A stretch of DNA of 32,000 bases from Vibrio alginolyticus NBRC 15630 = ATCC 17749 (lineage in GTDB: Bacteria > Pseudomonadota > Gammaproteobacteria > Enterobacterales > Vibrionaceae): NCBI RefSeq assembly GCF_000354175.2, contig NC_022359.1:420001-452000 (forward strand), in the 5' to 3' direction. The position numbers and the translations under genes were made by a program. Below, piece after piece: positions 25,558 through 32,000 of the stretch (its first letter is position 1; the number at the start of each line of letters is the position of its first letter). Below the pieces are notes generated by a model. It searched no databases. It saw only the letters and a program-made list of their open reading frames with translations, and had not been told where the DNA came from.

Positions 25558-26904
25558 ATGAAACCGCACCAGCCTAACCTTAACAAAAGCACCAGTTTGT
25601 TGATTGCTGCGTCGTTGTGTGTGGGCGCAGCAGCCCCAGTTTTTGCCAATGATGAGCTGAGTTTTGAGTGGGATTGGGCTGTCAGCTACGAAACTGCCAA
25701 GCAGCGTGATAGCGCATTTATGCAAGCGCAGGGCAGTTCTCGTGATTCACTTAATGCACTGTTGGATGTACAGGTGAATTATCACAACTTCAGTGGCTTG
25801 TTTGCTCTGTACAGCCAAGGTTTGTACCTCAATCAACAAGGAAAGAGTGATTGGTGGAGTGAAGCTGATAACCAATTGCTGATTCGAGAGCTGGCTTGGC
25901 TAGGGGAGTGGCAAGTCGGTGATACCACTCTTGATGTGAGCTTAGGTAAGTTGCGCGTGGATTGGGGCGTGGGTTATGGCTACCGACCTTTGGATCTGTT
26001 TAAGCCTTATCGACAAAATCCTGTTGGCATAGTCGCAGAAGAGGGTGCGGGTGTGTTTTCACTCTCTCGCTACGATATGGCAGGCGAGTGGACGGTGATT
26101 GCAACGGATTCAAGCTGGGGGCAACAAGACCAGAGTGCTCTTGATCAAGCCGCAGAGCAGCAAGGTGTTGGTATTCGTCGTTATGCACTGGTGGGTGACA
26201 CCGAGTATCAACTTATTGGTTATTACGATGATGTGCGCCGAGGTTTACTCGGAGCCAGTGCCATTGCCGTGTGGGATGAATCCATCGCTATGCACGGTTC
26301 CATGCTGTGGCAAAACCAAAGTGTCGGCTATCAGTTTCAGCAGGATGATCTTTACCAACCCGTTTCGGTTGAGGAGCTGGGCAGCGCATTCCAAGCCTTA
26401 ATTGGGTTGAATTGGGCAAACCAAGCCGGGCACAACGTGATTGCTGAATATTGGTACGACAGCCGTGCATGGTCGAAAAGCGAATGGCAACAAGCAATAG
26501 AGCGTGGCGAATTACTCTCTCAGATCCCTGATCCTAACAACTCTCTGTTGGCTAGCAGCGCTCTACTTGCGACAAGCTACGCCCAAGGGTTTCAGCATGC
26601 CAATATCGTTCAGCATAACGTAATGTTGCACTGGAGTTGGGATTTGGAAGCATGGGCTGCATGGAACGGCAAAGCGGATATGGGCTGGCTAAGTGATGTA
26701 ACCCCCACGTTGGATGTGATGCTGTCGCCACAAGATGGTGGTGTGATTGTCACGCAGTGGCTTAACTACCAATGGATTGATACTGGCGATCAAAGTGTAG
26801 AAGTGGAAGTTGCCGCACGCTTTTTAACCGGAGACGACCAATCTGCTTACGCACAAATCAATGATAAGCATATGATTGTATTTAACATCAAAGGGAAATT
26901 CTAA
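25558..26904 (+). CDS. predicted outer-membrane beta-barrel protein of unknown function
   Basis: 448 aa. Signal peptide (..AAAPVFA-ND), abundant aromatic/Gly alternating segments, and a C-terminal ...FNIKGKF with terminal Phe, a typical OMP signature. Confidence 0.5.
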   Translation: MKPHQPNLNKSTSLLIAASLCVGAAAPVFANDELSFEWDWAVSYETAKQRDSAFMQAQGSSRDSLNALLDVQVNYHNFSGLFALYSQGLYLNQQGKSDWWSEADNQLLIRELAWLGEWQVGDTTLDVSLGKLRVDWGVGYGYRPLDLFKPYRQNPVGIVAEEGAGVFSLSRYDMAGEWTVIATDSSWGQQDQSALDQAAEQQGVGIRRYALVGDTEYQLIGYYDDVRRGLLGASAIAVWDESIAMHGSMLWQNQSVGYQFQQDDLYQPVSVEELGSAFQALIGLNWANQAGHNVIAEYWYDSRAWSKSEWQQAIERGELLSQIPDPNNSLLASSALLATSYAQGFQHANIVQHNVMLHWSWDLEAWAAWNGKADMGWLSDVTPTLDVMLSPQDGGVIVTQWLNYQWIDTGDQSVEVEVAARFLTGDDQSAYAQINDKHMIVFNIKGKF

Positions 26905-27927
26905 ATGTGTTCAGCAAAATCAGTGGTGAAAAGTGGATGGCCGCGTAGCTTATTAGTGACCACGGCATTTTGTCTCTTTATCGCAGCAATGACGCTCTCG
27001 GTTTGGGGCGGTCCATTTTACATTCATGTAGCGGTTAGCTTTGGATTTGGCTATTCGGCTATCTTCTTCTCATGGTTGATTGACCGTTTGTTTCCAACCA
27101 TCCCGCGTATGATAGAAGTGGTGTGTTCGCTTGTTGCCTGTTTATTGTTTGGGGTGATTAATGCGCAATTTTGGCTCGGAGAGTATTTTGGTATCTCCGA
27201 TATGATCCCTGTTGGCTTAATGGGATTACTGTTTAGCGGTATGTGTTATTTCTATTTTTACTCGCGTGAGAAAGAGGCGGTTGCTCAACGAGAGTTGGAA
27301 GCCATCAAGCGCGAGAAAGCAGAGCAAGATCGTGCGCTGTTGCTGAGTCAGCTTAAGCAGATGCAAAGCCAGATTGAACCGCATTTCTTATTCAATACCT
27401 TGGCAAATATCAGTGCGCTCATGTCGCAAGATGTCGATAAAGCCAAGCTAATGCTAGAACAGTTAACCGCGCTGCTGCGTGCGACGCTCAAAAGCTCACG
27501 CGAAGAACACACCACCATAGACAATGAAACGGCGTTACTTGAGGCTTACTTAGGCATCCAACAAACTCGTTTGGGTGATCGACTCAGTTACAAGATTGAG
27601 GTGGAAGAAGGGCTAGGCAGAACCGAATTACCGCCGATGATGCTCCAACCTTTAATCGAAAACGCCATCATCCATGGTATTGAGCCGAAGCGAGAAGGCG
27701 GCGAAATCAGTTTGCTCATCAAGCGTGAACGACAGAACTTGAAGATTGAAGTCAGAGACACGGGTGTTGGCTTGAATCATGTTAGTGGGCACATGGGCTC
27801 TGGCGTCGGTTTAAGTAACCTCAAGCAGCGAGTTGAAGCTTTGTTCGCAGGGCAAGGAGAGGTTTCTATCAGTGAGTCTGCTCAGGGTGGTGTTTGTGTT
27901 CGCCTGAGTTGGCCAATGGAATCGTAA
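26905..27927 (+). CDS. LytS/AlgZ-type sensor histidine kinase (multi-TM input, His_kinase plus HATPase)
   Basis: 340 aa. Four to five N-terminal TM helices, then the IEPHFLFNTLANI H-box and a GHKL ATPase (PPMMLQPLIENAIIHG, DTGVG). Its ATG directly abuts the stop of the preceding gene (TAAATG). Confidence 0.85.
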   Translation: MCSAKSVVKSGWPRSLLVTTAFCLFIAAMTLSVWGGPFYIHVAVSFGFGYSAIFFSWLIDRLFPTIPRMIEVVCSLVACLLFGVINAQFWLGEYFGISDMIPVGLMGLLFSGMCYFYFYSREKEAVAQRELEAIKREKAEQDRALLLSQLKQMQSQIEPHFLFNTLANISALMSQDVDKAKLMLEQLTALLRATLKSSREEHTTIDNETALLEAYLGIQQTRLGDRLSYKIEVEEGLGRTELPPMMLQPLIENAIIHGIEPKREGGEISLLIKRERQNLKIEVRDTGVGLNHVSGHMGSGVGLSNLKQRVEALFAGQGEVSISESAQGGVCVRLSWPMES

Positions 27928-27942
27928 TCAAGGAAGAAAGGA

Positions 27943-28734
27943 ATGAATACAGGGTTTACTGCCATTATTGCTGATGATGAACCGCTATTGAGGCATCATC
28001 TTGATAAAAGCCTAGCTGAAGTGTGGCCAGAGCTAGAGGTGATAGCCAAAGTCGCCGATGGTGAACAAGCGTTGCAAGCCATTGAGCAAAGCCAACCTGA
28101 TATTGCGTTTCTCGATATTCGTATGCCAGTTTTGGATGGTATGACCTTAGCGCAAAAACTCAATCAACTCGCCAATCCACCTTTGATTGTGTTTGTCACC
28201 GCGTACGATGATTACGCCATCAAAGCTTTTGAGCAAAATGCTGCCGATTATTTGCTTAAGCCTATCTCGGATGAGCGCCTTCTGACGACGTGTGAAAGAG
28301 TGAAAGCACGCCTTGCCAAGCGAGAGCAAGAAAGCAGTAATGTGCAGATGAGCAGCCTATTGGAGCAGTTGCAGCAATTATCCGCGCCACAAACGCCGCA
28401 ATATCTTCAGTGGATCAAAGCGACGCAAGGGGAAGATATTCATCTGATTGCCACGTCTGATGTGTTGTATTTCAAAGCGGAAGAAAAATACGTTTCTGTG
28501 TATGCCCAACAAGGACAGGGTAAAGTGCAGGAGTATTTGATTCGCACATCGTTGAAAGAGTTGATAGGGCAGCTTAACCCAGAACAGTTCTGGCAAGTAC
28601 ACCGTTCAAGCGTGGTGCAAGTGTGCAAAATTAACAAAGTAAACAAAGACTTTGCTGGCAGAATGTTTGTTCACGTTGGAGAGAACAAGCTCCCGGTGAG
28701 CCGTGCATCTCAAAGTTTGTTCAAAGGGATGTAA
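27943..28734 (+). CDS. LytTR-family response regulator (REC plus LytTR DNA-binding domain)
   Basis: 263 aa. Receiver domain (IIADDEP...[14 protein letters not shown]...TAYDDYA...YLLKP) and a LytTR domain ([12 protein letters not shown]...HRSSVVQV). Confidence 0.9.
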   Translation: MNTGFTAIIADDEPLLRHHLDKSLAEVWPELEVIAKVADGEQALQAIEQSQPDIAFLDIRMPVLDGMTLAQKLNQLANPPLIVFVTAYDDYAIKAFEQNAADYLLKPISDERLLTTCERVKARLAKREQESSNVQMSSLLEQLQQLSAPQTPQYLQWIKATQGEDIHLIATSDVLYFKAEEKYVSVYAQQGQGKVQEYLIRTSLKELIGQLNPEQFWQVHRSSVVQVCKINKVNKDFAGRMFVHVGENKLPVSRASQSLFKGM

Positions 28735-28753
28735 TCGCTAGAACTGCTCACTT

Positions 28754-28766
28754 TTTACACTGTAAA
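28754..28766. promoter_or_regulatory. parS2: parS2 site, intergenic, 20 bp after the LytTR gene stop
   Basis: Exact TTTACACTGTAAA. Confidence 0.8.
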
Positions 28767-28790
28767 CTCGCTGCTCATTTTTTCAGCAAT

Positions 28791-28840
28791 AAAAACAAAA
28801 AGCGCCTAGGTCATAAGACATTAGGCGCTTTCTTCGTTTT
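28791..28840. terminator. bidirectional Rho-independent terminator between the LytTR gene and ppiB
   Basis: AGCGCCTA (28801-28808) pairs with TAGGCGCT (28822-28829). An A-rich tract lies to the left and a T-rich tract to the right. Confidence 0.8.
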
Positions 28841-28873
28841 ATAGCGACGATTTCTCCGAAGAGGCGAATGGGT

Positions 28874-29368
28874 TTATTCGCTGATCGTCACTTTCTCGAT
28901 AATGATTGGATCGCATGGCACATCATCGTGACCAAGCTTAGAGGTCGTTTTCACTTTCGCGATGCGATTTACGACATCCATACCCGCGGTCACTTTACCA
29001 AACACGGCGTAGCCCCAGCCTAGGTTGGTGGTTGCGGTGTGGTCTAGGAAATTATTGTCTTCCAAGTTAATGAAGAACTGTGCCGTTGCAGAGTGCGGTG
29101 CATCGGTACGCGCCATTGCGATAGTGCCAACAAGGTTCTTTAGACCACGGTTTGCTTCATTCGCGATCGGTGCGCGCGTTGGCTTTTCTGCCATGTCTTC
29201 GGTGTGACCGCCACCTTGGATCATAAAGCCATCGATAACGCGGTGGAAAATGGTGCCGTTGTAGAAGCCATCTTCACAGTATTTTTTGAAGTTCTTTGAG
29301 CTAACTGGCGCTCGTTCTAGGTTCAGTTCAATCTCGATGTCACCGAAATTGGTGGTCATAATAATCAT
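28874..29368 (-). CDS. ppiB: peptidyl-prolyl cis-trans isomerase B (cyclophilin-type)
   Basis: Starting at the ATG at 29368 (AAGGG RBS) gives 164 aa, the length I recall for E. coli PpiB. Cyclophilin motifs are present ([34 protein letters not shown]). The 90-codon N-terminal extension of the track ORF overlaps the MCP terminator and is rejected. Confidence 0.9.
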   Translation of the reverse strand: MIIMTTNFGDIEIELNLERAPVSSKNFKKYCEDGFYNGTIFHRVIDGFMIQGGGHTEDMAEKPTRAPIANEANRGLKNLVGTIAMARTDAPHSATAQFFINLEDNNFLDHTATTNLGWGYAVFGKVTAGMDVVNRIAKVKTTSKLGHDDVPCDPIIIEKVTISE

Positions 29369-29429
29369 CTGGTTTGCCCTTGTAGGTGCTAAGTTGGCGG
29401 CATTATAGCTAAGTCGTATGAGGATAGCA

Positions 29430-29463
29430 GAAATAAAAACAGCGACTTTTTGGCGCCGCTGTT
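29430..29463 (-). terminator. Rho-independent terminator of the MCP gene
   Basis: On the minus strand AACAGCG pairs with CGCTGTT (arms at 29457-29463 and 29438-29444), followed by TTTTATTT. Confidence 0.7.
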
Positions 29464-29489
29464 TGCATGGTGAATGGGTGAGGAAAGCG

Positions 29490-31151
29490 TTAAACCGTAA
29501 AGCGACCGACCAAGTCGTACAGCTCGTTAGCTTTGTGGTTAAGGTTGCCACTGCCTGCGCGGTTTTGGTTGGCAAGGTGCGCCGATTGGCTGCTTTGTTG
29601 AGAGATGACTTCGATGCGTTGTGAAATCTCTTGCCCAACTTGGCTTTGCTCTTCGGTTGCCGTTGCGATAAGCGTGTTCATGTCCATGATGTTAGCAATT
29701 GCGGCTTGGATTTCTTGCAGTGCGGCAGAGGCAGCTCGTGCTTCCTCAACCGTTGCTTCACCACGCGCTTGGCTTGAACCCATGGCTTTCACTGCCGCAT
29801 CCGAGCCAGACTTCAACTGCTCAATCATTTGGTGAATTTCGCCTGTGCTGTCTTGAGTGCGACTCGCCAGTTTACGGACCTCATCGGCAACGACTGCGAA
29901 GCCGCGACCTTGTTCGCCTGCACGGGCTGCTTCAATGGCTGCGTTCAGTGCCAATAGGTTGGTTTGCTCGGCGATGTCTTGAATCACTTCTAGCGAAGAA
30001 GAAATGTTCTGTACATCGCTCTCTAAACGAGAAATCACCGTGCTGGCTTCCGACACCTCTAGCGCGAGTGCTTCGACAGAGTTCGCTGCCGAATCAACAA
30101 TGTGTTTTGCTTGTTGCGAGTTTTCATCGGCGTCTCTGGCTGATTGTGCTGCTTGGTTAGCGTTGTTTGAAATCTCGTGCGCCGTTGCTGTCATCTCGGT
30201 CATTGCCGCTGCGACTTGTTCGGTCTCTTCACGTTGACCAGAAGCTAATTCATCCACTTGCGATGCACGCTGTGACATCTCGTTGGTCTCTGAAACCACT
30301 TCTTGTCCTACGTGGCTAACGCTCTTAATGATGCCTTGCAGGCTTTCAACGAAGATATTGAAGTTACGGCTAAGTTGGGTGAACTCCGGCACGCTCGATT
30401 CTTCCATGCGCGCGGTTAAATCTGCATCGCCTTGCGCGAAAGAGTGAATTGAAGCATCAAACTGCTCAATAGGTTTCATGATGCTGCGGTTAACAAATAC
30501 GGCAAAGACTGCAACTATTGCTGTTATCGAGGCACAAAACAGGGCTATCGCAGTTAGTGTGGTGTTGAGATCTTCGTGTGCTGCTTTTTCCATGTCTGCC
30601 ACAATGGCGTCGATATCGTCAGTGTAGAAGCCCGTACCCAACATCAAGTCCCATTCAGGAATAAAGACTGAGTAGCTGAGTTTCGGTAGTGCTTCACTCT
30701 GACCGAGTTTCGGGAAGTAATAAGTCGTGAACTCACCAGTTTTGGCATTTTTTAGCAAATCCTGAATCAGGTAATTGCCTTTCTTGTCCTGCAAGTTATA
30801 GAAGTTTTCCCCGATGCCTTTGGTGTTTTTACCCACCACGACACGAACGCCTTTTGAATCATAACCAAAGATGTAGCCGGATTGACCAAACTCTAGTTGT
30901 TTCAAGATAGGCAGAGCCTCTTCCAGTGGGGCATTTTGTGCGAGTAGCGGTTCGACAGCGGAACGCGCCATTTGTACGTAACTTTTGAGTTCGGCTTTTT
31001 TCATCTCCATCATTCGACTTCGAGTTTGCTCAATCTCGTGCTCGTTGTAGGCCGTGGTTTGTACGTAGGTGAACCACATCATGCCTATTGCCATAGTTAG
31101 AATTGGAATTATTGAAAGGATATATAGTCGTTTTCTGATCGTCAGATTCAT
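29490..31151 (-). CDS. methyl-accepting chemotaxis protein with a periplasmic Cache-type sensor domain
   Basis: Likely start is the ATG at 31151 ([16 protein letters not shown]...; AAGGA RBS), giving 553 aa. Contains two TM helices, a Cache-like periplasmic region, HAMP, and the highly conserved signalling hairpin ([35 protein letters not shown]). Confidence 0.9.
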   Translation of the reverse strand: MNLTIRKRLYILSIIPILTMAIGMMWFTYVQTTAYNEHEIEQTRSRMMEMKKAELKSYVQMARSAVEPLLAQNAPLEEALPILKQLEFGQSGYIFGYDSKGVRVVVGKNTKGIGENFYNLQDKKGNYLIQDLLKNAKTGEFTTYYFPKLGQSEALPKLSYSVFIPEWDLMLGTGFYTDDIDAIVADMEKAAHEDLNTTLTAIALFCASITAIVAVFAVFVNRSIMKPIEQFDASIHSFAQGDADLTARMEESSVPEFTQLSRNFNIFVESLQGIIKSVSHVGQEVVSETNEMSQRASQVDELASGQREETEQVAAAMTEMTATAHEISNNANQAAQSARDADENSQQAKHIVDSAANSVEALALEVSEASTVISRLESDVQNISSSLEVIQDIAEQTNLLALNAAIEAARAGEQGRGFAVVADEVRKLASRTQDSTGEIHQMIEQLKSGSDAAVKAMGSSQARGEATVEEARAASAALQEIQAAIANIMDMNTLIATATEEQSQVGQEISQRIEVISQQSSQSAHLANQNRAGSGNLNHKANELYDLVGRFTV

Positions 31152-31326
31152 AGAGACGTCCTTCTCTCGGCGCAGCGTTACAAGTGACAAGCTGAATAAG
31201 CTTGCCTGATAAAAGTGTTAATACTTATTGTTGTAATGCTTAGAGATTAACCGAGTTAATCAATCAGAAGTACTGGAAATTTGTAAATCTAGACGAAGGT
31301 CGTAGCATTTTTAAGCGGGATCACAA

Positions 31327-31713
31327 TTAACGTGAACACGACCCACTATTGCAACGAGAAGTCCCTGTTAACCAATATGAGACGCGATACCTATTCTTTG
31401 CGAATTTGAGGTAAAGCCAGTCAGTAACAGGTTTAACGAGGCGCCAACGCAGTGGAGCGTAGAGCCAACCGCGACCAACTAATTGCCACGCACGATGAGT
31501 CACGTCCAACCCAAGCAGAAGCTCCCCCTTTTCGTTGAGGGCGTGCAAAATGGTGTTGGCTTGTTCAGGATCGATCTGCGGATAATCTGCGAATGTATCA
31601 CTATAGATATCGACGGTTTTGATGTGCTGCTTGGAATCGCGTTGTTTTAGCGCCTTCATCTCTTTGGCACAAAGCGGGCAGGTTCCGTCATAAAATATGG
31701 TGAGGTTTGTCAT
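31327..31713 (-). CDS. DCC1-like thiol-disulfide oxidoreductase family protein (DUF393)
   Basis: 128 aa. The N-terminal IFYDGTCPLCAKEM (CxxC) motif is characteristic of the family. Confidence 0.75.
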   Translation of the reverse strand: MTNLTIFYDGTCPLCAKEMKALKQRDSKQHIKTVDIYSDTFADYPQIDPEQANTILHALNEKGELLLGLDVTHRAWQLVGRGWLYAPLRWRLVKPVTDWLYLKFAKNRYRVSYWLTGTSRCNSGSCSR

Positions 31714-31737
31714 TGCGGTCTTCTTATTTGAGATTTT

Positions 31738-32000
31738 CTAATCGCTTTTACGTGGCGAATTTTCTTTTGGTTCATTGTTTTGCAAGTAATGCAGCCAATT
31801 GTCGCGAATGTTGCCGTAATTGAATTGGCAGAACTCTTTGCGATCACGCAGGTAGTCTTTTTCTACTTCATCGAGTAAGGCTTTGTATTGCTCAGGATCA
31901 CTACCGTACACCAAACATAACGTTGAAAAGTAACGCTGCAAATCAAAGCTGTGTTCGTCAATGTACTCGCCAAAATCGTAGTAGTCCGGTCTGTCGTCGG
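31738..32000 (-). CDS. hypothetical protein, C-terminal part (5' end outside window)
   Basis: The reading frame stays open upstream of the track TTG start to the window edge (...DDRPDYYDFGEYIDEHSFDLQRYFSTLCLVYGSDPEQYKALL...). It may be a DUF4344-like putative metallopeptidase, but this is not verifiable here. Confidence 0.45.
   Translation of the reverse strand, partial: DDRPDYYDFGEYIDEHSFDLQRYFSTLCLVYGSDPEQYKALLDEVEKDYLRDRKEFCQFNYGNIRDNWLHYLQNNEPKENSPRKSD

Noticed and set aside
25216-25725. 169-aa minus-strand ORF, together with the other antisense ORFs in the track (e.g. 3297-3668, 8026-8484, 12701-13087, 17895-18242, 29699-30160)
   Set aside because: All are embedded antisense or out of frame within long ORFs that carry clear family motifs. 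None has independent signals.
29369-29638. 90-codon N-terminal extension of the ppiB ORF
   Set aside because: The extension overlaps the MCP 3' end and its terminator and looks non-protein-like. The internal ATG at 29368 has an RBS and gives exactly a 164-aa cyclophilin.
1-32000. Search for mobile elements, integron cassettes, CRISPR arrays, prophage or defence-island genes, rRNA and tRNA
   Set aside because: No transposase, integrase or recombinase ORFs, no terminal inverted repeats, no regularly spaced repeat-spacer arrays and no tRNA-like cloverleaf candidates were seen. Composition looks uniform across the window.

Overview
This window is the replication-origin region of a Vibrio-type secondary chromosome (chromosome 2). 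On the minus strand lie parA2-parB2 (6794-8993). Next comes a 1.2-kb non-coding origin (about 9200-10231), followed by the initiator gene rctB (10232-12202, +). The origin contains a parS2 site, GATC-containing TGATCAT iterons in both orientations, one perfect DnaA box, six phased direct iterons, a GATC-rich AT-rich region, and GATC-free CGGAAC-headed candidate 39-mer/29-mer elements. Seven exact matches to the ParB2 centromere consensus TTTACANTGTAAA are spread over the window, at 1432, 4608, 4641, 4667, 9214, 17094 and 28754. The flanks carry ordinary chromosomal genes. Left of the origin: a porin 3' end, an S51 peptidase, a LysR regulator, a XAT acetyltransferase, FapA/DUF342 and TmcA. Right of the origin: two Dpp/Opp-type ABC ATPases, a NADAR-RibA fusion, a solute-binding protein with a hybrid histidine kinase, YebC, a lone SEDS protein, a seven-gene ABC/LolA-like/beta-barrel/LytS-LytTR cluster, PpiB, an MCP, a DCC-family protein and a partial ORF. 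No transposase, integrase, CRISPR array, rRNA or tRNA was seen. The observations I rate most worth follow-up are: (1) three extra iteron-like 13-mers just downstream of rctB, in and beside an unknown 155-aa gene; (2) an 18/19 Fur box in front of a permease-less ABC-ATPase operon that ends in that same unknown gene; (3) the uncharacterised seven-gene envelope cluster at 22102-28734; (4) a small ORF split by a one-base frameshift in an A6 tract. All functional calls come from reading the translations and motifs by eye. No database search was run.
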